Source: an uncultured archaeon (GTDB taxonomy: Archaea; Asgardarchaeota; Lokiarchaeia; Sigyniarchaeales; SOKP01). From it: a stretch of DNA of 64,000 nt. Shown in pieces: positions 9,783-19,428 of this stretch (positions within the stretch are counted from its first letter, which is position 1; each line of letters opens with the position of its first letter). The DNA is taken from NCBI GenBank assembly GCA_964508365.1, contig CAZDTP010000010.1:1-64000 (forward strand), read 5' to 3'. The position numbers and the translations under genes are program-made. A model generated the notes under the pieces. That model did not search any database, was not told the origin of the DNA, and saw only the letters and a program-made list of their open reading frames with translations.

Positions 9783-10709
9783 ATGCTTGAACTAAATATT
9801 TCTGAGTTAAAATTAAACTCTCCTTTAATTTTAGCTTCTGGCATTTTAGGAGTTTCTTATTCTACAATGAAAAGGCTAGTTGACGAAGGATTAGGTGCTA
9901 TAACAACTAAATCAATAGGTCCAAAGCCAAGAAAGGGATATAAAAATCCTTCAATCGTTGAAGTCTACCCAGGCACATTTTTGAATAGTGTAGGACTGGG
10001 AAATCCGGGAATAGATAACTTTATAACAGAAATCAAAGAAATAAAGAAATTTAAGTTTCCGTTAATTGTAAGTGTGTTTGGAGATACTATCGAATCTTAT
10101 ATAAAGGTTGCATTAAAAGCAGAACAAGCAGGCGCTAATGCTATAGAAATAAATATTTCATGTCCTCATGCCGAGGTTTCTAGCATAGGTATTGATAAAA
10201 ATCTTACTTTCTCTATTGTTAAATCAATGAAAGCGGAGCTTAAAGTACCACTATTTGTTAAATTAAATCCCAATGTGACTAACTTAGGAGAGATCGCCTT
10301 AGCTACTCAGAACGCGGGTGCTGATGCTGTAGTTGCCATTAATACAGTTGCTGCTATGAAGGTTGATATTAATACAAAAAGACCGATTTTGTCACATGGA
10401 AGTGGAGGACTTTCAGGAAAAGCTATACATCCAATTGCTGTAAAAATGGTTTATGATTTATATAAAATTTTAGAAATTCCCATAATCGGATGTGGAGGAG
10501 CTTCAAATTGGCAAGATGTTATAGAATTTATCCTAGTAGGGGCTTCTGCTGTTCAAATTGGAACGGTTTTACATCAAGGTTTAGATATTATTACTGATAT
10601 TATTAACGGGTTAAAAAAATTTCTTATAGAGAACGAATACAGCTCAATTTCTGAGTTAAGAGGCTTAGCACATGAATTTAAAACTCAGGAGGTCCCCGAT
10701 TTTGACTAA
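9783..10709 (+). CDS. pyrD: Dihydroorotate dehydrogenase 1B catalytic subunit
   Basis: LASG, TKS, NSVGLGNPG, EINISCPH, KLNPN, NT, GGLSG, IIGCGG. Confidence 0.95.
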   Translation: MLELNISELKLNSPLILASGILGVSYSTMKRLVDEGLGAITTKSIGPKPRKGYKNPSIVEVYPGTFLNSVGLGNPGIDNFITEIKEIKKFKFPLIVSVFGDTIESYIKVALKAEQAGANAIEINISCPHAEVSSIGIDKNLTFSIVKSMKAELKVPLFVKLNPNVTNLGEIALATQNAGADAVVAINTVAAMKVDINTKRPILSHGSGGLSGKAIHPIAVKMVYDLYKILEIPIIGCGGASNWQDVIEFILVGASAVQIGTVLHQGLDIITDIINGLKKFLIENEYSSISELRGLAHEFKTQEVPDFD

Positions 10710-11538
10710 AAACATGATTGAAACGGTGAAAATAAAAACTATTATAGACGAGTGCGATGTGGTGAAAACACTTGTATTTATGAGAACTGATACAACTATT
10801 CCTAAACCTGGACAATTCGTAATGGTATGGATACCAGGTGTTGATGAAATTCCAATGTCAATATCTTCCTACAAAGAAAACGGAGAATGGGCAATCACTG
10901 TTAAAAAAGTCGGAGAGTGTACTAATGCTATTCACGAACTTAAGGTTGGAGATTATATTGGAGTTCGAGGACCATTAGGTAATTTTTTTGAAATTCCTCA
11001 AAAGACAAATAAACACATATTTTTAATTGGAGGAGGCATTGGAATGGTTCCTCTAAGATTTTTAGCCTCTGAACTCGTTAAATTGGGTCACAAATTTAAA
11101 TTGATTGAAGGTGCGAGAGAACAAACTGAAATTTTATTTGTAAACGAGTTCCTTGAGTACCATCAAGAGGATTTAGAGTTTCACTTCTGTACTGATGATG
11201 GTAGTTTTGGTGAAAGGGGAGTTGCAACAGATATATTTGAGAACATAATCGAAAATTTCAATTTAGAAGAGACAAAAAACAGCATTGTTTTTACTTGCGG
11301 TCCTGAAATAATGATGTATAAAATCCTCCAAATTTGCATAGAGAAAAAAGTTGAGATGTACGCAAGCCTTGAAAGAATTATGAGGTGTGGATGTGGATTG
11401 TGTGGTTTGTGCGTTTTAGATTCTCTTGGATTATTAGTTTGTAACGATGGACCCGTGTTTTCTTCGAAAGTTTTAGCAGAAATACAAGATTTTGGTAAGT
11501 ATAAGAGAGATTTTTCTGGAAAGAAAAACTCAATTTAA
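10672..11538 (+). CDS. pyrK: Dihydroorotate dehydrogenase electron-transfer subunit
   Basis: PGQFVMVW, RGPLGN, GGGIG, TDDGSFG, CGPE and CGCGLCGLC...C.DGPVF 2Fe-2S motif. Confidence 0.94.
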   Translation: MNLKLRRSPILTKNMIETVKIKTIIDECDVVKTLVFMRTDTTIPKPGQFVMVWIPGVDEIPMSISSYKENGEWAITVKKVGECTNAIHELKVGDYIGVRGPLGNFFEIPQKTNKHIFLIGGGIGMVPLRFLASELVKLGHKFKLIEGAREQTEILFVNEFLEYHQEDLEFHFCTDDGSFGERGVATDIFENIIENFNLEETKNSIVFTCGPEIMMYKILQICIEKKVEMYASLERIMRCGCGLCGLCVLDSLGLLVCNDGPVFSSKVLAEIQDFGKYKRDFSGKKNSI

Positions 11539-11603
11539 AAATCTTTTTATGAAATCAAAAAGAAAAGCATTTTTTTCACTCTTTACATAATATATCATAT
11601 AGA

Positions 11604-13229
11604 ATGAATGAGTTAACAGATTCGGAAACAGTCAAAAAGATTTCAAGAGAAATTATTGATTACTTGATAATGAACCCGGGCTTCTCTCGGGAGAAAATAA
11701 CGAATCTAAAAGGACATATAGGAAAAAAATATAAACATTCTAAAGTAATAAAGAACGCTACTATATTATATTTTGCTTCAGAAAAAGAAAAATTAATTAT
11801 CAACGAACTTTTAAAGAGGAGAATCGTAAGAACAATATCTGGGGTATCGACAATTGCAATTATGACTAAGCCTTTACCATGTCCCGGAAATTGCGTTTAT
11901 TGTCCCGGGGAAGGATCCCAACCTTACGAAAAAGTAGCTCAATCTTATACAGGAAGAGAACCTTCAGCTATGCGTTCCATCCATAACAATTATGATTCAT
12001 ATAAACAAGTACAAAGTCGAATTAGAGATCTAGAGGCCATTGGTCATTATGTAGACAAAATTTCCTTAATCATTCAAGGAGGTACATTCTTATCTTCTCC
12101 TATTAATTATCAAGAAGATTTTATTAAAGGCGCATACGAAGGAATAATTGGCGGTAGTTGTATATCGTTAACCGCAGCTAAAAATCGAGCCGAAAAATCA
12201 AAAAGAAGATTAATTGGATTGACTATTGAAACACGACCCGATTATTGTACAGAGCCATATGTAGACATGATGCTTAATTATGGAACTACACGGGTTGAAA
12301 TTGGGATTCAAACAGTATTAGATGACGTGTATAAAAAAGTGAATAGAGGACATACAACTCAAGACAGTATCAATGCTATAAGGATTGCAAAAGACGCTGG
12401 TTTAAAAATTAATGCTCATATGATGCCTAATTTACCTGGTTCTGACTACTTTAAAGATTTAAAAATGTTTGAGTACCTATTTTCTTCTCCAGATTATCGC
12501 CCAGATATGTTAAAAATTTACCCTTGTTTAGTAATTAAAGGAACTAAATTATACGATTGGTGGAAAGAAGGTGAATTTACACCATATTCATTAGATGAAT
12601 TGATTGATTTAATATCAAATGTAAAACAAAATATTCCTTCTTATGTGAGAATACAGAGAATTATGAGAGATATTCCTGCGTTTCTAATTGAAGCAGGATG
12701 CAAAAAAAGTAATTTAAGACAATTAGTACACAAAAGATTAGATGAACTTAATTCTAAATGTAATTGCATAAGATGTCGAGAATATGGAATCGCTAAAAAA
12801 TCAAAAATTATAGATGAAAATATATTTGAAGATATTAAATTATATCGTTATGATTATGAAGCTTCTAATGGACAAGAAACATTTCTATCCTATGAAAATA
12901 AAAAGGAAGATTATCTTGTAGCATACTTGAGATTAAGGAAACCTTCAGAATATGCTCATAGACGCGAATTGAATGATGGAAAAACAATGATAGTAAGGGA
13001 AGTTAAAGTTGTCGGCGAACTAGTTCCTAAAGATAAAAAACCTCGCAAAACCCAACTCCAACATCGCGGATTTGGTAAATTATTGATGGAAAATGCTGAA
13101 AAAATTGCTCATGAAGATTTCGACTCTAAAAAATTAGCTGTAATAAGTGGTATAGGTGTGAGGGACTGGTTTTATGGGATTGGTTATGCTCTTGATGGAT
13201 GCTATGTCTCAAAAACCTTAAATGATTAA
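11604..13229 (+). CDS. elp3: tRNA uridine(34) acetyltransferase Elp3
   Basis: Radical SAM CPGNCVYCP, QSYTGREP, ETRPD, KIYPCLVIKGT; C-terminal KAT domain QHRGFGKLLM. Confidence 0.95.
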   Translation: MNELTDSETVKKISREIIDYLIMNPGFSREKITNLKGHIGKKYKHSKVIKNATILYFASEKEKLIINELLKRRIVRTISGVSTIAIMTKPLPCPGNCVYCPGEGSQPYEKVAQSYTGREPSAMRSIHNNYDSYKQVQSRIRDLEAIGHYVDKISLIIQGGTFLSSPINYQEDFIKGAYEGIIGGSCISLTAAKNRAEKSKRRLIGLTIETRPDYCTEPYVDMMLNYGTTRVEIGIQTVLDDVYKKVNRGHTTQDSINAIRIAKDAGLKINAHMMPNLPGSDYFKDLKMFEYLFSSPDYRPDMLKIYPCLVIKGTKLYDWWKEGEFTPYSLDELIDLISNVKQNIPSYVRIQRIMRDIPAFLIEAGCKKSNLRQLVHKRLDELNSKCNCIRCREYGIAKKSKIIDENIFEDIKLYRYDYEASNGQETFLSYENKKEDYLVAYLRLRKPSEYAHRRELNDGKTMIVREVKVVGELVPKDKKPRKTQLQHRGFGKLLMENAEKIAHEDFDSKKLAVISGIGVRDWFYGIGYALDGCYVSKTLND

Positions 13230-13472
13230 TTTTTTCTATTTACTAAGAAATAAATGAAAAGAATTGTTAGCATAAAGATTTATGTTTCGTTTTAAAATGG
13301 CTTTTATTCGGTTTTTTTAATAAGCATTTTATCAGCTACATAAGGACAAAAAAAATAAGTTTGATTTCCTATCTTAATGAACTAAATTTTAGATTTTACA
13401 TACAATATATTAAAATTATAAAATGAATTAAACAGTTCATAGTAGAACTATATAAATCTCAAATGATCTAAT

Positions 13473-15392
13473 ATGTACGATTTTGATTATGAAAAATTAG
13501 GATTAATATGTGGCTTAGAAATTCATCAACAGCTTGATACAAAAACTAAACTGTTTTGTAGATGCCCAAGTAAACTTCAAGGAACTAGGGTGCCAGATTT
13601 TAATACATTGAGATATATGAGGCCCGTTTTGGGAGAAATGGGCACATTTGATAAAGCTATGCTAACGGAATATAAAAAGGGTAAAACTATCATCTATGAA
13701 GGTTACAACGATGTTATTTGTACTTATGAGTTAGACGATACTCCCCCGTTTTCCTGTAACGAGGAAGCTAGAAAAATTGCATTAGAAATAGCTTTACTTC
13801 TAAACGCAAATATTATTGAGGAGATGCATGTAAGTAGGAAAAATTATCTTGATGGAAGCGTCCCTTCTGGGTTTCAACGTACGATGATTTTAGGAACAGA
13901 TGGTTATATAACATTGAAGAATAATAAAAAAATCAGAATCGATATATTAAGCTTAGAAGAAGAAGCTGCAAGGAAAATAAAAACTGAGAATAAAACTAAC
14001 TTTTATAGATTAGATCGCCTTGGAATTCCGTTAGTAGAAGTAACAACTAAACCGGACATAAATACTCCGGAAGAATGTAGAGAATGTGCTGAAAGAATAG
14101 GATTATTGCTGTGGATAACAAATGTTAAAAAAGTACTTGGCTCAATTAGGCAAGATGTCAATGTAAGCATTAAATCTGGAACTAGGATTGAAATTAAAGG
14201 AGTTCAAAAATTGAGTTGGATACCCATATTAATTGATCACGAAATATCACGCCAACTTCATCTAATAGAGATTAGAGAGGAATTAAAGAAACGAAAAATA
14301 AGTGAAAATGACATCCCTCAAGAATCTGTAGACTTAACTAATCTAATAGGAAAGACTAAATCTAAGTTTATTGCAACAGGAATAAAATCAGGAAAAAAAC
14401 TCTATGGTTTTAATTTTAAAGGTTTCAAAGGTATTTTTGGAAAGGAGCTCATGGAGGATTATAGGTTTGGCACCGAAGTAAGTAGTAAGGTCAAAGTTAT
14501 ATCAGGTTTAAAGGGGATAATTCATTCTGACGAAATTTTAGAGAAATATAACTTATCTAAGGAAGATGTTAAAAAAGTTCAGAATAAATTGAATTCGAAA
14601 GATAACGATTGTTTTGTTTTAGTTCTGGGATCTGTTAAAGAACTTAATAAAGCAACAGAAATTATCATTAATCGAATCAAATATGTTTTTAAAGGCGTTC
14701 CGCCTGAAACTAGAAAAGCACTTGATAATGGAAACACGGAATTCTTGAGAGAATTACATGGTGGAGCTAGATTGTACCCGGATACAGATTCACAAGCTAT
14801 AATGAATACCGCGGAAGAAATCAAGGATATTCAAAATAGTTTACCTAATTATCCTTGGGATATAATTGATGATTATGCTAATAAGTACCAAGTTGAACAA
14901 AGTTCGATTAAAGACTTAATATTTAAAGGGAAGTTAACGCTATTTGATCGTTTAATTGAAATTTATCCCGCGAAACCGTCAATCGTCTTAAATACATTGC
15001 TAAACAAAGCAAAAGCAATCAAGCGGGAAGGTAAAAAAATAGAAAATATATCTAATGAAGATTATGAAAAAATCTTCCTAGAATTGAAAAATGAGAGAAT
15101 TGGAAAGGAAGCTATCGAGGAAATAATGAGAATAAAAGCAGATTCTCCAAATCTCACTATTGAACAATTAATCGAAAATCTTCACCTTGAAAGTCTCTCA
15201 TTTGAAGATTTAAAAATAATCATAAAGGGAATAGTAAATAACAACTTAAAAATCATAAAAGAAAGAGGAATGAGATCCATAGGACCACTAATGGGAGAAG
15301 TCATGAAATCAGTACGGGGAAAAATAGATGGTGAGATCGTATCTAAAGAGTTGAAAATACAGATATCGAATAAATTAAAGGAGATGAAATAA
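13473..15392 (+). CDS. gatE: Glu-tRNA(Gln) amidotransferase subunit E
   Basis: GLEIHQQL, KLFCRCP, DGSVPSGFQRT, LDRLGIPLVE, RQDVNVSI, GARLYPDTD. Confidence 0.96.
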   Translation: MYDFDYEKLGLICGLEIHQQLDTKTKLFCRCPSKLQGTRVPDFNTLRYMRPVLGEMGTFDKAMLTEYKKGKTIIYEGYNDVICTYELDDTPPFSCNEEARKIALEIALLLNANIIEEMHVSRKNYLDGSVPSGFQRTMILGTDGYITLKNNKKIRIDILSLEEEAARKIKTENKTNFYRLDRLGIPLVEVTTKPDINTPEECRECAERIGLLLWITNVKKVLGSIRQDVNVSIKSGTRIEIKGVQKLSWIPILIDHEISRQLHLIEIREELKKRKISENDIPQESVDLTNLIGKTKSKFIATGIKSGKKLYGFNFKGFKGIFGKELMEDYRFGTEVSSKVKVISGLKGIIHSDEILEKYNLSKEDVKKVQNKLNSKDNDCFVLVLGSVKELNKATEIIINRIKYVFKGVPPETRKALDNGNTEFLRELHGGARLYPDTDSQAIMNTAEEIKDIQNSLPNYPWDIIDDYANKYQVEQSSIKDLIFKGKLTLFDRLIEIYPAKPSIVLNTLLNKAKAIKREGKKIENISNEDYEKIFLELKNERIGKEAIEEIMRIKADSPNLTIEQLIENLHLESLSFEDLKIIIKGIVNNNLKIIKERGMRSIGPLMGEVMKSVRGKIDGEIVSKELKIQISNKLKEMK

Positions 15393-16751
15393 ATGGAAGA
15401 TAAACTAAAAGGATATAAAGGCAAATCTATAGATGTTTTAAAGAAATATGCAATAGATATATGGGATATCATTCAAATCACTACAAATAAAACGCAATTA
15501 GAAGGAATAGTAATGCCAAGAAGCGAATTCTCTGCTCCTGATTTTATAGAAATAAAATTGGAAAACAACTACAATGTTGGAATAAATGTCTCTGATATAC
15601 AAAGCATAAAAAAAATTGGAAAACGAGAAGCAAATTACAAATTTCCGGAAAAAGAATTTCCATATAATAAAAATTTGCCTAAGCTTCAATTATTAGGAAC
15701 TGGAGGAACGGTTGCTTCAAGATTAGATTATACGACTGGGGCGGTGATACCTTCTTTTACCCCTAGTGAGTTATTTAGCTCCGTCCCTGAATTAGCAGAA
15801 ATTTGTAATCTTGATTGCGAAGTAGTTTTCGAGATATTATCAGAAAATATGAAATTTGAATATTGGCAAAAATTAGCAGAAAAAGTTAAACATGCCATAG
15901 ATTCTGGTTTTGAAGGGGTAATTATAGGTCATGGAACGGATACTATGACCTTTACTAGCGCCGCTTTATCTTTCATGTTAAAAGATTTATCCATTCCAGT
16001 TGTGTTAACAGGGAGTCAAAGAAGCTCCGATCGCCCTTCTTCTGATGCTGCTTTAAACTTGATAAACGCTGCTACAGTAGCTACTTCTGATATAGCTGAG
16101 GTTGTAGTAACTATGCTAGGTTCTCCTTCACACGATTATGGATTAATTCATAGGGGAACGCTAGTAAGAAAAATGCATTCCTCAGTAAGAGATACTTTTC
16201 GTACTATCGATGATATACCGTTAGGAATGGTGAAGGACAGGAAGATTAAAACATTTAAAAATAATTACAGAAAACGAAATCGATCTGAAACTACAATCAA
16301 AACGAATTTTGAGAGGAAAATAGCTCTTATTTATTCATATCCTGGAATGGAAAATGAACAAATTGAATTTTATATAGATAAGGGTTATAAAGGTATAGTA
16401 TTTGCTGGAACTGGTCTTGGTCATGTGAGTACCTTTATCTATGATTCCATAGAAAGAGCAATACAAGAAAATATAACGATTCTCATGACTACACAGACAA
16501 TTCATGGTTTTGTTGGAATGAATGTCTATTCTACAGGAAGAGAACTTCAAAATTTTGGTGTCATCCCTGGAAGAAATCTATTACCTGAAGTTGGATATGT
16601 TAAATTAGGATGGGTGCTAGGGCAGACTAGTGATTCAAAAGAAATTAAAAATTTATTATTGACTAATATTGCAGGTGAATTTATAGAAAGAGAAATTCCA
16701 ATTGCATTTAACTATAATATTGATGAGCTTTTAAGAAATAATAAACTCTAA
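15393..16751 (+). CDS. gatD: Glu-tRNA(Gln) amidotransferase subunit D
   Basis: KLENNYNVG, TGGTVASRLDY.TG, HGTDTM, GSQRSSDRPSSD. Confidence 0.96.
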   Translation: MEDKLKGYKGKSIDVLKKYAIDIWDIIQITTNKTQLEGIVMPRSEFSAPDFIEIKLENNYNVGINVSDIQSIKKIGKREANYKFPEKEFPYNKNLPKLQLLGTGGTVASRLDYTTGAVIPSFTPSELFSSVPELAEICNLDCEVVFEILSENMKFEYWQKLAEKVKHAIDSGFEGVIIGHGTDTMTFTSAALSFMLKDLSIPVVLTGSQRSSDRPSSDAALNLINAATVATSDIAEVVVTMLGSPSHDYGLIHRGTLVRKMHSSVRDTFRTIDDIPLGMVKDRKIKTFKNNYRKRNRSETTIKTNFERKIALIYSYPGMENEQIEFYIDKGYKGIVFAGTGLGHVSTFIYDSIERAIQENITILMTTQTIHGFVGMNVYSTGRELQNFGVIPGRNLLPEVGYVKLGWVLGQTSDSKEIKNLLLTNIAGEFIEREIPIAFNYNIDELLRNNKL

Positions 16752-16859
16752 TCTAATTCTATATTTTAGTCTTGAGAATTAATAAATTCTATCTAAAATA
16801 ATAAAAAATTTATACTTTTATTAATTAATTTATACTAATTCGATATACAAGTGATCTTT

Positions 16860-17588
16860 ATGGGTAAGCGTATACTAGCTCAAAGAAAAGGATATGGCCA
16901 TTTATGGGCGCGATCTCCAAGTCATCGACATGTAGGAGAGGTAAAATATCGTCCCTTCAAGAAAGATGAAAAATTGTTAAAATTTAAAGTGATTGAATTC
17001 GTTCACGCTCCAGGTAGAGGTGCTCCAATAGCTAAAATTAGGTACGAAGATGGGGAAAAAAGTTTATGGTTACCTCCAGAAGGAATATATGAAGGACAAG
17101 AATTTATCCAATCAAAAACGGGATACGGGCAAGAAGTAAAAGTCGGAAATATCCTACCTGTTAAAAAAATGCCAATAGGAACGCTTGTATTCAACATCGA
17201 AGGTTCTCCACAAGATGGAGGCAAATTCGCGAGAGCATCTGGAGTTGCTGCTATCGTTAGAAACAAATCTGGAAATAATATTGAATTATTATTTCGATCA
17301 AAAAAAACTAAATGGTTTAATGAAAATTGCCTTTGCACGGTAGGAGTAGTTGCAGGTGGAGGTAGAGTAGATAAACCTTTCCTGAAAGCAGGAAACGCAC
17401 ACCACGCCTACCGCTCTAAAGCAAAAAAATGGCCGGTGGTGAGAGGAGTTACTATGAATGCCGCAAGTCACCCATATGGCGGTGGAGCAAAGCAGTCACC
17501 TCATAAACCTACGACCACATCCCGCAACGCCCCTCCTGGTAGAAAGGTTGGGCAGATAGCTGCAAGAAGAACAGGACATCAAAACTAA
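16860..17588 (+). CDS. rpl2: 50S ribosomal protein uL2 (ATG at 16860 preferred over GTG at 16851)
   Basis: MGKRILAQRKG, HAPGRGAP, DGGKFARASG, GGGRVDKP, WPVVRGVTMNAASHPYGGG. Confidence 0.97.
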   Translation: MGKRILAQRKGYGHLWARSPSHRHVGEVKYRPFKKDEKLLKFKVIEFVHAPGRGAPIAKIRYEDGEKSLWLPPEGIYEGQEFIQSKTGYGQEVKVGNILPVKKMPIGTLVFNIEGSPQDGGKFARASGVAAIVRNKSGNNIELLFRSKKTKWFNENCLCTVGVVAGGGRVDKPFLKAGNAHHAYRSKAKKWPVVRGVTMNAASHPYGGGAKQSPHKPTTTSRNAPPGRKVGQIAARRTGHQN

Positions 17589-17617
17589 AAGTATTATAAA
17601 AAGAAGTCTTTCTTTTC

Positions 17618-17843
17618 TTGGGTAAGGAATTTTTTAAAAAATGTTAAACTTCGCGTTGTCTTAGGTTTAAAATTAAAGGATGATGTCTTTAAAAGTGTTG
17701 AAGAAAAGTTCGATCGTTTCCCTGAAGTAAAAGACACAAAAGATATGAAGGAAGTTGCAGATTATGTCTTACAGATTTTATATGCGTCAGGATTTTGGGA
17801 TAAAAAAGAGATCTATAATACATTAAAAGCTCACCTTTTATGA
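17618..17843 (+). pseudogene. Startless or frameshifted small ORF, not in the ORF track
   Basis: Open frame 17646-17843 reads KLRVVLGLKLKDDVFKSVEEKFDRFPEVKDTKDMKEVADYVLQILYASGFWDKKEIYNTLKAHLL*. The nearest canonical start (TTG 17618) is out of frame across a T6A6 homopolymer. Confidence 0.4.
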
Positions 17844-17965
17844 GCATATTTAAACATCTGTTAATTAATTTACAACTCAAGCGGAATCTTCTATAAGAAT
17901 TACTTAAATATAAATAAGTATTATTATTTCTCTTTCTATATTGTAAACAATCATGGTAGAGATAA

Positions 17966-18265
17966 ATGAGTTTATATGAAAGTGGCTATTTTTTTGAAGA
18001 CCGGTCCCATTTTGGGCTGACAGGCAACTATTACGAGACCATCTCTCTTATTAATAATGCATTGGTATTTTTTGGAAAGGACGATCTTCAAGTTAAGATT
18101 TTTTTAGAATATATTAAAGAAATTGAGTCGAGGAAGTGTTTAGTACATATAACGCAAAAAGATGATAAAATTTGGACATTTTTTATTTCTCCAAAGAGTA
18201 GCAATTTAACAATTAGTCAGATCTCAGAATGTAGAAGAAGGCACAAAGCATGGGAAATATGCTAA
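17966..18265 (+). CDS. Hypothetical protein; C-terminus may be frameshifted
   Basis: 99-codon ORF with ATG; no recognisable motif. Confidence 0.45.
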   Translation: MSLYESGYFFEDRSHFGLTGNYYETISLINNALVFFGKDDLQVKIFLEYIKEIESRKCLVHITQKDDKIWTFFISPKSSNLTISQISECRRRHKAWEIC

Positions 18266-18509
18266 AATATTTGATTAAAGATTTAAAGCAAAAATAAAAT
18301 ACTCCTTTTTTATGCAAATATCTATAGATGGAAACTTCTTTTTCCATAATATTCTATGTTTAAAATATTCTATTTATTTTTATTTACTTGATGTGCTTAT
18401 CTAAAAATAGTTCGATATATGTGGTCTATAAAAAATTCGATTCATGGAGATTTGTTAAGATGCAAGTTTTTTATTTATGTTTGGATTTAATTTAATGGAG
18501 GAATTAAAT

Positions 18510-19004
18510 ATGAAGCCATTTCATGAATATATGAATGAATATAGAAAACAAATGGAGAAAGGAGACATCAAAAAGGCATATAAAGGATTGATGGAATATA
18601 TTATGGAATTGAGGTTGTATTTTAAAAATAAATATCCTGATTATTTCGTATCTGGGAGTATTTATCATGGATATATGGACATGTCGTATTTTTCCTTCTT
18701 CCCAGAGTCATTAAAAATTCGAAAATTGAAAGTTGCGATAGTTTTTATTCATGACACATTTAGATTTGAAGTTTGGTTAGTAGGATATAATAAACGGGTT
18801 CAAACAAAATACTGGAAATTGTTTAAAGAAAGTGATTGGAATAAATACCGCATTCCATCAACGACAAAAGGCGTTGATTCTATTATAGAGTATTCTTTAG
18901 TTGAAAACCCAGATTTTAGTGATTTAGATACGTTAAAAAAGCAAATAGAGAGCGGGACATTGAAATTTATTAAGGATATTGAGGACTTCTTATCTAAACA
19001 TTAA
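18510..19004 (+). CDS. DUF7000-like hypothetical protein
   Basis: Resembles a family I recall mainly from bacteria (KAYKGLMEYIM, YHGYMDMSYFSF, FEVWLVGYN); GGAGG SD 8 nt before ATG 18510. Confidence 0.7.
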   Translation: MKPFHEYMNEYRKQMEKGDIKKAYKGLMEYIMELRLYFKNKYPDYFVSGSIYHGYMDMSYFSFFPESLKIRKLKVAIVFIHDTFRFEVWLVGYNKRVQTKYWKLFKESDWNKYRIPSTTKGVDSIIEYSLVENPDFSDLDTLKKQIESGTLKFIKDIEDFLSKH

Positions 19005-19135
19005 AATTAACTCTGATAATCTCATATTAAAAGAATTATTCCACGCGCACCATATAAGGATATTCTCTTGTTCATAGTTAGTAAAATCCCCTTAAACAAT
19101 AGGTTATAAATAGGATAGCTAGAAAAACTAGAAGT

Positions 19136-19175
19136 AAAAAAAAAAAGACCAAGTTGAGTTTCATTAACTTCAACT
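19136..19175 (-). terminator. Hairpin followed by a T11 tract on the minus strand (terminator-like)
   Basis: Inverted repeat AGTTGAG (19152-19158)/CTTCAACT (19168-19175) next to A11 (19136-19146). Confidence 0.35.
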
Positions 19176-19428
19176 CTTCTTCTTTCCGGGTGTTACTTCG
19201 AGTATACAAAGCGCTGATACGATACAGATACCTGCAGGGATGAAACTTATCCCCCAATTTTCTTGTTGGAAAAATTCTCTTATTGAGCTTTATGAACATT
19301 GGATCGTAAGGATTTTCATTAGTATTGCTTTTAGCGAAATATTTGCTTTTTAATAACAATTTAAAAAAAGTATAATATTTGATCATAGATTATTTCAATT
19401 ATAGAGATGATAAAAGAGTTAGATAGCT

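Noticed and set aside
17689-17880. 63-aa minus-strand ORF
   Set aside because: Shadow of the more protein-like plus-strand frame 17646-17843
19237-19290. Possible SECIS, RNase P or SRP RNA fragment (AUGA, UGAAAC and CCCGGAA words)
   Set aside because: The SECIS helix II does not pair and no in-frame-UGA selenoprotein lies upstream; RNase P CR-I (GAGGAAAGUCC) and SRP helices are absent
19078-19386. 102-aa minus-strand ORF
   Set aside because: No motif, runs through an A11 tract and hairpins, and its composition resembles translated AT-rich intergenic DNA
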